Positions 1 through 8,138 of a DNA stretch of 32,000 bases are shown one piece after another. The notes under the pieces are model-generated. The model was not told where the DNA came from, ran no database searches, and was given only the letters and a program-made list of their open reading frames with translations. How positions within the stretch are numbered: the stretch's first letter is position 1; every line of letters begins with the position of its first letter. The DNA is from an uncultured Opitutales bacterium (GTDB lineage: Bacteria > Verrucomicrobiota > Verrucomicrobiia > Opitutales > Intestinicryptomonadaceae). Where the stretch lies: NCBI GenBank assembly GCA_934660865.1, contig CAKUIA010000019.1, positions 1-32,000 of the forward strand, written 5' to 3'. Position numbers and translations under genes: made by a program.

Positions 1-76
1 TGTATGTATGTATGTATGTATGTATGTATGTATGTATGTATGTATGTATGTATGTATGTATGTATGTATGTATGTA
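1..76. repeat. Perfect tetranucleotide microsatellite (TGTA)19, truncated by the window edge
   Basis: 19 head-to-tail TGTA units occupy nt 1-76. The pattern breaks at 77 (TAGACAG...). The repeat contains no stop codon in any of the six frames. Confidence 0.95.
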
Positions 77-282
77 TAGACAGATACTAAATATTTTAGT
101 ACCACTTGTATACTTTTCGTTCAAACATTGTCAAGCATTTATATCTACGACTCCCGCAACCGTTTAAAATTGCCGATACCGCAAACAGTTCCCTAACATT
201 AACGTATTTCGCAAAAACACCCGAAAAATCACGCCTGTTTATATTTTTTGCAAAAATCAACTCTTTTTTGCCCGAAACATTG

Positions 283-522
283 GACCGCCGCCCGCGCGGG
301 CTAACCTCGGCACAGGTTGCGCTTGCCTGGCTTTTAAATAAAAAACTCTTCGTTGTGCCGATTCCCGGAACTACAAAAATTTCGCACTTAGAGAAAAATT
401 TAAGGGCCACAAACATAAAATTTTCGGAGGAGGAAATGCTGGCATTGGAAAACGAAATCTCGAAAATAAAAGTTGTAGGCAGCCGCTACGACGCCCTGCA
501 GGAATCGAAAATTCAGAAATGA
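283..522 (+). pseudogene. 5'-truncated aldo-keto reductase remnant (C-terminal ~75 codons only)
   Basis: The tail of ORF 106..522 reads LTSAQVALAWLLNKKLFVVPIPGTTKISHLEKNL...SEEEMLALE...GSRY. This is the conserved C-terminal AKR block (ALAW...VPIPG-T/S...LEENL). The ~250 N-terminal residues that carry the catalytic tetrad are missing, and the upstream ORF part is AT-rich with no AKR resemblance. The stop overlaps the next start (ATGA at 519-522). The left boundary is approximate. Confidence 0.6.
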
Positions 523-1538
523 AAACTTTTGCCTTTTTTATTTTTTGCATTTCGGCATTCAGCCTTTTTGCCGAAAAACCCATTACGCTTAAAACGCAGG
601 CAAGCTTTGCCGTAGGCGGCAAAGTTTTGCGGGACAACAGCGGCAACACATTCCACGGCGACCACGCCTATGTTTTCTGCCAAATACCCGAAAATGCGCG
701 GAAATACCCCCTTGTGTTCGCGCACGGCGTCGGACAATTTTCAAAAACGTGGGAAACCACCCCCGACGGACGCGACGGCTTTCAAAACATTTTTTTGCGC
801 CGCAATTTTTCGGTATACCTTGTAGACCAGCCGCGGCGAGGCAACGCGGGGCGCAGCACGCAAAAGGCCACAATAACGCCCGCTTTCGACGAGGAAATTT
901 GGTTTAACCGTTTTAGAATCGGCATATACCCAAACTATTTCGACGGCGTAAAATTCGACAAAAGCAGGGAAACACTCGAGCAGTTTTTCCGCCAAATGAC
1001 GCCAAACATAGGCGCGGTAGATTTCGATGTTTATTCCGACGCATACGCTGCGTTGTTCGAGAAAATAGGCAATGCAATATTTGTAGTACACTCGCAAGGC
1101 GGCGCGGTTGCCTGGCAAACGCTTCCAAAAACGGATAAAATCAAGGCAATAGTAGCCTACGAGCCGGGAGGCAACTTGCCATTCCCCAAGGGCAAAGTCC
1201 CGCCCGAAGCAAGCGTATTAACGCTTTCAAAAAAGACGGAGGGCGTAGAGGTTGCACCCGAAGTTTTTGCAAAATTTGCAAAGATACCCATTATAATTTT
1301 CTACGGCGACAACCTGCCGCAAAGCGACGAGCGCCCCGAATTGTACGAATGGACGCGCAGGCTTAAAATTATGCGCCTGTGGGCGAAAATGCTAAACGAT
1401 ATAGGCGGCGATGTTAAGGTTGTGCACCTCCCCGAAATGGGAATACGCGGCAACACGCACTTCCCCATGTCCGACACAAACAACATCGAAATCGCCAACC
1501 TCCTCTCCGCCTGGCTCTCCGCCAAAAACCTCGACTAA
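519..1538 (+). CDS. Secreted alpha/beta-fold serine hydrolase (esterase/lipase-like)
   Basis: The 339-aa ORF has an N-terminal signal peptide (MKTFAFFIFCISAFSLFAEKP). It has a nucleophile elbow VVHSQGGAV (GxSxG-type) and a C-terminal His in GNTHFPMSD. The substrate is unknown. Confidence 0.75.
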   Translation: MKTFAFFIFCISAFSLFAEKPITLKTQASFAVGGKVLRDNSGNTFHGDHAYVFCQIPENARKYPLVFAHGVGQFSKTWETTPDGRDGFQNIFLRRNFSVYLVDQPRRGNAGRSTQKATITPAFDEEIWFNRFRIGIYPNYFDGVKFDKSRETLEQFFRQMTPNIGAVDFDVYSDAYAALFEKIGNAIFVVHSQGGAVAWQTLPKTDKIKAIVAYEPGGNLPFPKGKVPPEASVLTLSKKTEGVEVAPEVFAKFAKIPIIIFYGDNLPQSDERPELYEWTRRLKIMRLWAKMLNDIGGDVKVVHLPEMGIRGNTHFPMSDTNNIEIANLLSAWLSAKNLD

Positions 1539-1799
1539 CCCCACCGCAAAACGGCGAGTACTACCCTTCCTAAAATCTCCAACACTATCTCACTTACCCT
1601 TACGCTTAAAACGACACTTAAGGGAAAAGGAATACTGCCGAACTTGTGGATAATTCTTTCCTGTCGCCCCAACTAAAACAAAACTACAAAGAATTGTTCT
1701 TCGAGCGCCTCGAAACATTGGTGTAGAGTAAAAAACAAAAACAACAACCAATATTTGACACTACAACACGTCTAAATTTTCTATCATAACAAAACAACG

Positions 1800-1840
1800 C
1801 AAACAAACACGGCGGAAATTCATTCCGCCGTGTTTGTTTG
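1800..1840. terminator. Bidirectional intrinsic-terminator-like hairpin between convergent genes
   Basis: A perfect 18-bp stem pairs CAAACAAACACGGCGGAA (1800-1817) with TTCCGCCGTGTTTGTTTG (1823-1840) around a 5-nt loop. The arms are A-rich and T-rich. It sits between the stop at 1538 (+) and the stop at 1860 (-). Confidence 0.7.
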
Positions 1841-1859
1841 AAGCAAGTTGCGTTTGGCT

Positions 1860-2777
1860 TTAGGCGAAGCTTACTTCGGTTACGAACGACTGCGATTTGT
1901 TAGGTTGCACGTAGTGCACTCCCCCGTTTTCCATGGCGTTGGGCAGGCCCATCCACGGCTCTACGCAATAGTAGGGCTTGTCAAGGCTTTCGCACCAGGT
2001 TACAACGCTTGCAAATTTGTCGAGTTTAACCGAGCCGGAGGTTTTTAAAACAATATCCTCTTCGCCGTTTTTCGGGCCAAGTTTTACTTCGTCGCTTTTT
2101 AGGTTAAAGTGTATTCTGTTTACGGCGCTTTCGTCGCCAGCGTCGAAATGTTTGAATGCCGCGGTTTTTTCCAGCGAGCCGTCCTGCTTATGGTAGCAGG
2201 CTTTTTTGCAGTCTAAAAGCACCCTGTAGTCGCTCTTTTTAAGGTCGCTATGCCACGGCAGCCTAAAGAAAAAGTGGTTGCCCGCGCTCCACGGGATTTC
2301 CACAACGTCTTTATTTACAAGCATTAGTTCTACCGCAAAGCCCAGTTGCGAAAACCTGTATTTTACGTAAAATTCGTACTTATACGGATACATGCTTTGC
2401 GTGGACGGGTTTTGAATGAGCTTTGCCGAAAAGCCGAAATCGTTAATGTCTACAATTTCGAAATCGCTTTGGCGCGCAAAGCCGTGCTGGGGCATTGGCA
2501 AAACCTGTCCCTGCGGGGTTTTCCACTCGCCCGTTTTGCCGTCTACGCTGCTGCGGCCGCAAAAGGGAAACAATATGGGATTGCCGCCGTATACATAAGG
2601 GAAACCCTCGCCCATGGGAGCGTCTTCGGGCCAATAGATTACATCGCGCACATCGCCCAAAGCCATAGATATATTCCAATTCATAAGCCTTGCGCCCGCG
2701 GTGGGGTTTACAATGAAAGTTGAAGCCCCTATAACCCACTTATATAATTTTAATCCGTTAAAATCGACAATCTCCAT
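1860..2777 (-). CDS. Aldose 1-epimerase (galactose mutarotase-like) family protein
   Basis: The 305-aa ORF carries family-typical blocks: GGNPILFPFCGR, QHGFAR, YPYKYEF, AGNHFFF and YCVEPWMG. Confidence 0.8.
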   Translation of the reverse strand: MEIVDFNGLKLYKWVIGASTFIVNPTAGARLMNWNISMALGDVRDVIYWPEDAPMGEGFPYVYGGNPILFPFCGRSSVDGKTGEWKTPQGQVLPMPQHGFARQSDFEIVDINDFGFSAKLIQNPSTQSMYPYKYEFYVKYRFSQLGFAVELMLVNKDVVEIPWSAGNHFFFRLPWHSDLKKSDYRVLLDCKKACYHKQDGSLEKTAAFKHFDAGDESAVNRIHFNLKSDEVKLGPKNGEEDIVLKTSGSVKLDKFASVVTWCESLDKPYYCVEPWMGLPNAMENGGVHYVQPNKSQSFVTEVSFA

Positions 2778-2830
2778 TCTTTAAATTCAGACACAAAGCT
2801 ATTGTAAAATCAAGTTTATCCATAAAAAAC

Positions 2831-2859
2831 TTGCATTAAAAAAAATATGGACAAATATT
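2831..2859 (+). promoter_or_regulatory. Candidate sigma70-like promoter for rnpB
   Basis: TTGCAT (2831-2836), a 17-bp spacer and AATATT (2854-2859) would put a start ~7-9 nt downstream, at the predicted rnpB 5' end (2868). Both hexamers match the consensus only partially, and the promoter consensus of this organism is unknown. Confidence 0.3.
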
Positions 2860-2867
2860 CTTAACAA

Positions 2868-3251
2868 TCGCAGGCGGACGTCCGCTTCGGGCACTTTGCC
2901 CCGAGAGGAAAGTCCAGACACCGCAGAGCGGGAATCCGTCGTAAAAAACGGGCTCGAAACGGCAAACGTTTCGGGATAGACAGTGCCACAGAAAACATAC
3001 CGCGGCAAAACGCAAGGGTGAAAAGGCGGGGTAAGAGCCCACCGTTTTGCAGGGCAACCTGCAAATGCAAGGCAAACCTATTCCGGTGCAAGACAAAGTA
3101 AGGGGCTTGGGCTGCTCGTCCACATGGGCCTCGGGTATGTCGCGTCTCCCCTAAAAAGGAGAGCGCACCCCCCTAAGGGAGTGCGCAGATAAATGGGCGT
3201 ACATTGCGGCAAAACGCGCCGCATGGACAGAATCTGGCTTACAGCCTGCGA
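2868..3251 (+). ncRNA. rnpB: RNase P RNA, bacterial type A
   Basis: Universal conserved regions are present: GAGGAAAGTCCAGAC (2905-), AGGGTGAAAAGGCGGGGTAAGAGCCCACC (~3015-3044), ACAGTGCCACAGAAAAC and ACAGAATCTGGCTTAC (3227-3242). The P1 pairing is TCGCAGGC (2868-2875) with GCCTGCGA (3244-3251). The length is ~384 nt and the ends are accurate to a few nt. Confidence 0.93.
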
Positions 3252-3259
3252 CCGCTATT

Positions 3260-4720
3260 TTATTTTTTCTTTTTCGGGAAAAGTTTTTCCCTTGCAAACT
3301 GTATTTCGGCGGCGTTTAGCGCTTCGGTGTCGAAATATTCGTCGAACAGCGCCCTGCGCGTTTCGATATTTCTTTCCTGCCCCAAGCACTTTATTGCCGA
3401 GCGCAAAGCAGCCTTTCTTATAACCGGGTCGGCGCCAAGCATTTTAAACATTTTGCCGACGCCGTATATGGTAAGGTGGTGGTTAAATACGTTTGTAAGC
3501 TTCGAATTTTTGGCGCCCTCTTTTGTAAGGAACATTTTAAACATTTTCTCGTTTGCGGAAACGTCGCCCCTTGTTACGGCGCAGCTTAAGTACGGCAAAA
3601 AGCCGTCCCTTTCAAAGGCTGCCATAAGCTTTTCGTTTATACACTGTTGCGAATTTCTTTCCAAAGCGTATTGGGCGGCTCTGGCAACAGTAGCGTCTTT
3701 CGACTTTGCCAAGCCAATCAAAATATCGACCATTTCGGGGGTGCAAACAAATTCGCACGCGTATATTGCCTGCAAAGACTTTATGTCGGCAGAATCTTTT
3801 AATTCGCCCTTGATTATGTCGGCAAACGCGGGGTCGTTCGAAAGCCCGAAAGACCTTAGCGCAACAGCCTTGCCCGTATCGCTTAGCGACGGATACGCCT
3901 TTAGCAATTCAGCCGAATTTGCGTAGGTGCGCCCCGTATTTGCCAAACGCGCGGCAGCCCTGGAATTGCGGGTTTCCTGCGCCATAATTTTGTCGAGATA
4001 CTCCGTTCTCTTTTCGCCCGAAATATAGGCTCTAACCTTTATTGCGGCGCAAAAATCTTCGGGAACAAAGCTTAGGGCAAGGTCTGCAAACTTTTGGTTG
4101 TCGGCTTGGAACATAAATTCGGCCTGTTTGGTTAACGCCAAATTTCTTGCAAAAAGCAGATTTTCGTTTTTCGGCGAAAACTTGCCCAGCAAAACAACGG
4201 CGGCTTCGCTCGGAATATCGCCAAGCGCCCTTAAGGCGCCAAGGGCTACCGCGGTATCTTTGTCGTACATAAAATACGAAATTTTGGCCACGGCGCTTTC
4301 GACGCGGTTTGTGCCCAACGCCCCCATTATGGCGCATTTCGAAACATTGTCGGCGTTAAACAAAGCGCCCAAAAGAGCCTCGTTTGCAGCCTTTGTGTTA
4401 AGCGATTTTAACACGTCGGCCGCGCTTGCCGAATAGTTTTTGTCGGTTAAATATTTTTTTAGAACGTCAACCGACTTGTCCGAAGCGCAATTTTTTAGCG
4501 GTATGCACAAATACCTGAAAGCTTCGGGCGTTACAGTTTTTTGCGACGCGATTTGCAAAAGGTTTGCCTCGGTTTTTGCCGATTTTTTGAAACTGCCGGC
4601 AACGCTCGAGTGGTACCACGCCAAAGAGTCGCCGCTTTTATACCCGGCGCACTTTTGCGCGTCGAACGCGAAGAGCGACGCAACCGAAAAAAGACCCGCT
4701 ACAAAAAAAATTCTTTTCAT
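3260..4720 (-). CDS. Secreted HEAT/PBS-lyase-like repeat protein, function unknown
   Basis: The 486-aa ORF has a signal peptide (MKRIFFVAGLFSVASLFAFD). It is all-helical and A/L-rich with recurring HEAT-like units, e.g. DKDTAVALGALRALGDIPSEAAVVLL and KDATVARAAQYALE. It starts 22 bp downstream of the preceding gene, so co-transcription is likely. Confidence 0.6.
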   Translation of the reverse strand: MKRIFFVAGLFSVASLFAFDAQKCAGYKSGDSLAWYHSSVAGSFKKSAKTEANLLQIASQKTVTPEAFRYLCIPLKNCASDKSVDVLKKYLTDKNYSASAADVLKSLNTKAANEALLGALFNADNVSKCAIMGALGTNRVESAVAKISYFMYDKDTAVALGALRALGDIPSEAAVVLLGKFSPKNENLLFARNLALTKQAEFMFQADNQKFADLALSFVPEDFCAAIKVRAYISGEKRTEYLDKIMAQETRNSRAAARLANTGRTYANSAELLKAYPSLSDTGKAVALRSFGLSNDPAFADIIKGELKDSADIKSLQAIYACEFVCTPEMVDILIGLAKSKDATVARAAQYALERNSQQCINEKLMAAFERDGFLPYLSCAVTRGDVSANEKMFKMFLTKEGAKNSKLTNVFNHHLTIYGVGKMFKMLGADPVIRKAALRSAIKCLGQERNIETRRALFDEYFDTEALNAAEIQFAREKLFPKKKK

Positions 4721-4742
4721 ATAAAAATTCCTCCTTGTTTTT

Positions 4743-6050
4743 TTAAGACAGCTGCCAATTACCGTAGTATGCCTTAGAGCACAATTTTTGGGCCTGGCTG
4801 TCGCCTACAACTTTTTCGGTTTTCCAGTCCCACTTAATGGTTCTGCCGGTACGGTACGCTATTTCGGAAAGCAGGCACGCCGAATTTGTGCGGTGGGCAA
4901 TCTCTATGTCGGTAGAGCATGCGCGGCGGTCTATAACGCTGTCTATAAAATTGCGCCAGTGGTCTTTGTCGCTTCCGTACAGCCTAATGCCGTCGGTGGG
5001 AACTTTCATGTCGGTTAAAATTGCGGGAGTCGAGTCCATTCTCGAGCGCGAAATCGAAATTTTGCCCTTTTCGCCGTAGAAACATACCCCCGGCTCTTTC
5101 GACGAGGCGCTTACGTCGAAAACTTCGCCGTTTGCATATTCAAGCAAAACTCTAAATTCTATGGGTTGGTCGTAAAAGCCCTCTTTTGGCCAAACGGCCG
5201 AAACGGGTTTTATTTTGTCGGGCCCCTTTTCGTTGTAGCCCAAAGCCCAATGGGCAATGTCTATGTGGTGCGCGCCCCAGTCGGCAATTTTGCCAGCGCT
5301 GTATGCCGAAATAAACCTCCATGTTGTAAAGGCTTTAAATGTGTGGTAGTCGCTCCTAAAGGCGGGGCCCTGCCACATGTCCCAATTAAGGCCTTCGGGA
5401 ACTGCCTGGGCAGGCAGCGCCTCTATTGCCGCGTTTTTAGGCAGCGTAATTTCAACTTTGTGCACTTTGCCCAAAACGCCGTTGCGGATAAGCTCGGCAA
5501 CATATCTAAATTTAGGCAAAGACCTTTGCCACGAGCCGGTCTGCCAAATTATGCCGTTGCGTTTTACCGCTTCGCACAAGGCCCTGCCTTCTTCTATGGT
5601 TCTTGTTAGCGGCTTTTCGCCGAAAACGTCTTTGCCCGCGTTTGCGCAGTCTATATAGGCAATGGCGTGCCAGTGGTCGGGCAAGGCAACCGTTACGGCG
5701 TCTATGTCGCTTTGCGCCAAAAGCTCCCTGTAGTCTTCGTAAACGGGAACATTTAGGTTGTTTTGCTTTTTAAAAACTTCGGCGCCCTTTGTATCGGTAT
5801 GTCCGTAGCCGTAGGTGTTTGCCGATTTGCAGACATCGCACAAAGCCACAACTTCCACGCGCTTGTCGCTTAAAAAGTTGCGGGTGTTCATTGTGCCCTG
5901 TCCGCCCAAACCTATCGCGCCCAATGCCACCCTGTTGCTGGGGGCAACATAGCCCGATTTGCCCAGTGCCGACGACGGTATTATAGTTGGCGCTATCGCC
6001 GAAAACGCGGCCAACTTTCCTATTTTTCCCAAGAATTGACGTCTTTTCAT
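4743..6050 (-). CDS. Tat-exported Gfo/Idh/MocA-family NAD(P)-dependent oxidoreductase (GH109-like architecture)
   Basis: The 435-aa ORF starts with a twin-arginine signal (MKRRQFLGKIGKLAAFSAIAPTIIPSSALG). A Rossmann block (RVALGAIGLGGQG) and a GEKP motif follow. The size and Tat signal resemble periplasmic Gfo/Idh/MocA enzymes. Confidence 0.8.
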   Translation of the reverse strand: MKRRQFLGKIGKLAAFSAIAPTIIPSSALGKSGYVAPSNRVALGAIGLGGQGTMNTRNFLSDKRVEVVALCDVCKSANTYGYGHTDTKGAEVFKKQNNLNVPVYEDYRELLAQSDIDAVTVALPDHWHAIAYIDCANAGKDVFGEKPLTRTIEEGRALCEAVKRNGIIWQTGSWQRSLPKFRYVAELIRNGVLGKVHKVEITLPKNAAIEALPAQAVPEGLNWDMWQGPAFRSDYHTFKAFTTWRFISAYSAGKIADWGAHHIDIAHWALGYNEKGPDKIKPVSAVWPKEGFYDQPIEFRVLLEYANGEVFDVSASSKEPGVCFYGEKGKISISRSRMDSTPAILTDMKVPTDGIRLYGSDKDHWRNFIDSVIDRRACSTDIEIAHRTNSACLLSEIAYRTGRTIKWDWKTEKVVGDSQAQKLCSKAYYGNWQLS

Positions 6051-6097
6051 GTTTCCTCCTCCATATAATATACAAAAGCTTTTCTATCAATATTTTT

Positions 6098-7300
6098 TTA
6101 AACTTCGGGCTTTTCGCCCAAAATGCCGCACTGCATTCCCCTAAGCTCGGCCAAGCCCATCATTCTGCCTATGTAGGAATAGCCGGGGTTGTCGGGATAG
6201 GGTTTTTCGAGGTCGTCGGCCATGTCCCTGCCGTGGTCGGGGCGGAACACTATTCTGTCGAGCCCGTTTTTAACGCGGTGCTCCTGCAAAGCCAAAAGGC
6301 GCTTTAGAACTTCGTACATATTAACCGAGCCGTCCAAATGGCCCGCCTCGAAGAAGCTGCCGTCGGGCATTCTTTGGGTACTGCGCAAATGCACAACGTG
6401 TATTCTGTCGGCAAGGGCGTCGACCATTTCGTGTATCACGTTCTTGGGGTTTGCGCTAAGCGAGCCCGCACACAGGGCCACCGTGTTGGCCGGACTTTTT
6501 TCGCCCGCAAAAATGTCCAAAAAGTCCTGCGTGCACGACGCGATTCTCGGCAAACCGAGCACGGGAATTGGCGGGTCGTCGGGGTGTATGGCCAAAATTG
6601 CGCCGTTTTCCTCGGCAACGGGGGCGGTTTCGTTAAGGAATTTAATTAAATGCTCCTTAAGCATGGCGGCGTCTATTTTCGAATATTTTGCAAGCATTGC
6701 CCTTACGTCGTCTATGCTTAGCCCGAACTTGCAGCCGGGGAAAACGTCGATAATGTCGCGCTCGAACTTCTTTTTTTGCTCGCCAGTTAGCGATTCGAAA
6801 AAGGCTTTTGCCCTTTCAAGCTGGTCTGGTGTGTAGTTTTCTTCGGCATTGGGGCGCTTAAGCAAATATATTTCGAACGCCGCAAATTGCGAAGGGTCGT
6901 ACTTTAAACAGCGCGAGCCGTCGCCCCTGGCGTCGAAGCGCAGGTCGGTTCTAATCCAGTCGAGCACGGGCATAAAGTTGTAGATAATCTTTTTTACGCC
7001 GCATTTTGCCAAATTTGCAATGCTTTGCCTGTAGTTTTCAATATGGCGTTTATAGTCGCCCGTGCGCGTTTTAATGTCTTCGCTGACGGGCAGCGACTCT
7101 ACAACCGACCACCTAAGGTTTGCGTCTTCGACTATTTTTTTGAACGAGTTTATTTCGTCGCAAGTCCAAAGTTCGCCGTAGGGAATATGGTGAAGCGATG
7201 TAAACAGGCTTTCCACCCCCGCCTGTTTTATGTAGCTTAAAGGCACCCTGTCTTTGGGGCCGTACCACCTAAAGCCGTGTTCCAACAAATGCTTGTTCAT
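6098..7300 (-). CDS. uxuA: Mannonate dehydratase
   Basis: The 400-aa ORF has an N-terminus (FRWYGPKDRVPLSYIKQAGVESLFTSLHHIPYGELW) that closely parallels the UxuA N-terminus (WRWYGPNDPVSL...ALHHIPNGEVW). The length is typical. Confidence 0.9.
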   Translation of the reverse strand: MNKHLLEHGFRWYGPKDRVPLSYIKQAGVESLFTSLHHIPYGELWTCDEINSFKKIVEDANLRWSVVESLPVSEDIKTRTGDYKRHIENYRQSIANLAKCGVKKIIYNFMPVLDWIRTDLRFDARGDGSRCLKYDPSQFAAFEIYLLKRPNAEENYTPDQLERAKAFFESLTGEQKKKFERDIIDVFPGCKFGLSIDDVRAMLAKYSKIDAAMLKEHLIKFLNETAPVAEENGAILAIHPDDPPIPVLGLPRIASCTQDFLDIFAGEKSPANTVALCAGSLSANPKNVIHEMVDALADRIHVVHLRSTQRMPDGSFFEAGHLDGSVNMYEVLKRLLALQEHRVKNGLDRIVFRPDHGRDMADDLEKPYPDNPGYSYIGRMMGLAELRGMQCGILGEKPEV

Positions 7301-7305
7301 TTTTA

Positions 7306-8121
7306 CTATACTCCCGTAAATGCCGAAAAACCGCCGTCTACCGCCATAATGGTGCCCGTTACAAAGGCCGAGGCCTCGCTTATAAGGTAGTGCACGGTTC
7401 CGTTAATTTCGTCGCACTTGCCGAACCTGCCGAAAGGCGTTTTGTTTATAACCTGATTGCCCCTTTCGGTATACGAGCCGTCGGGGTTTGTAAGCAACGC
7501 CCTGTTTTGCTCGCTAATGAAAAAGCCCGGGGCAACGGCGTTTACGCGCACCTTTTCGCCCGTCTTTTTGGCGAATTCAACGGCAAGCCATCTTGTAAGG
7601 TTGTTTATGCCGCTCTTTGCGTTGGAATAACCCAAAACGCGGGTAAGAGCCTGCTCGGCGGCCATCGACGAAAAGTTTACAATAACGCCCTCTTTTTGTT
7701 TTTCGAAAGCCTGGCCGAACACCAAAATCGGCAGCATTGTGCCGCCCAAGTTAAGGTCTATAACCGCGCGCCACTGCTCGAAATCCAGATCGAAAACCGA
7801 TTTGTCGGGGGCTACTACCGCCCCCGGCATATTGCCGCCTGCGCCGTTAATAAGCGCGTCTATGCGGCCGCACTTTGCCATGATTTTTTCGTAGGCGGCT
7901 TGCAGCGCGTTTTTGTCCAAAACGTTCGCCACGCAATAAAAGCAGTCTTTATTGCCGCTTTGCGCCTGTTGCACCGCCTTTTGCAGCTTTTCCTCGTTGC
8001 GGCCTATAAACACAACCTGTGCCCCCTGCTGCGCCAAATATTGGGCAACGTTGCCCGCAAGCACGCCGGTAGAGCCCGTTATAACTACCACCTTGTTTTT
8101 AATGTCGAATAAATTTTTCAT
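7306..8121 (-). CDS. uxuB: SDR-family oxidoreductase, probable D-mannonate/fructuronate oxidoreductase (YjmF/UxuB-type)
   Basis: The 271-aa ORF has the TGxxxGxG-type cofactor motif (VVITGSTGVLAG), NGAG and a catalytic YSNAK. It ends 5 bp upstream of uxuA, the arrangement seen for SDR-type UxuB in Bacillus and Bacteroides. The substrate is inferred from context. Confidence 0.7.
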   Translation of the reverse strand: MKNLFDIKNKVVVITGSTGVLAGNVAQYLAQQGAQVVFIGRNEEKLQKAVQQAQSGNKDCFYCVANVLDKNALQAAYEKIMAKCGRIDALINGAGGNMPGAVVAPDKSVFDLDFEQWRAVIDLNLGGTMLPILVFGQAFEKQKEGVIVNFSSMAAEQALTRVLGYSNAKSGINNLTRWLAVEFAKKTGEKVRVNAVAPGFFISEQNRALLTNPDGSYTERGNQVINKTPFGRFGKCDEINGTVHYLISEASAFVTGTIMAVDGGFSAFTGV

Positions 8122-8138
8122 ATTTTTATTTTCCTTTT

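Noticed and set aside
1-300. A possible mobile-element end or insertion scar at the left edge (repeat, palindrome, truncated gene).
   Set aside because: The window shows no transposase or integrase, no recognisable terminal inverted repeats matched elsewhere, and no target-site duplication. I report it only as a rearrangement junction.
1411-1653. An 80-aa ORF reading through the hydrolase stop into the spacer.
   Set aside because: It is out of frame with the hydrolase and P/S/T-rich. It has no start context and no support for a programmed frameshift (no slippery site noticed).
1755-1787. A perfect TTGACA hexamer (1755-1760) upstream of the 1800-1840 hairpin, suggesting a tiny promoter-plus-terminator sRNA unit.
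   Set aside because: No acceptable -10 element lies at 16-18 bp spacing. TATCAT is 21 bp away and the 17-bp position reads TTTCTA. A single hexamer is expected by chance.
3204-3926. A 240-aa plus-strand ORF that starts inside rnpB and overlaps the HEAT-repeat gene.
   Set aside because: It begins within the RNase P RNA and is S/F-rich and low-complexity. The opposite-strand ORF is twice as long and has a signal peptide and repeat architecture.
7390-8112. A 240-aa plus-strand ORF antisense to the SDR gene. Similar cases are 5166..5609 and 22283..22840.
   Set aside because: The explanation is the same codon-aligned antisense frame (I checked the frames of 7390 and 5166 by hand). The real genes on the minus strand have clear family motifs, and these ORFs have none.
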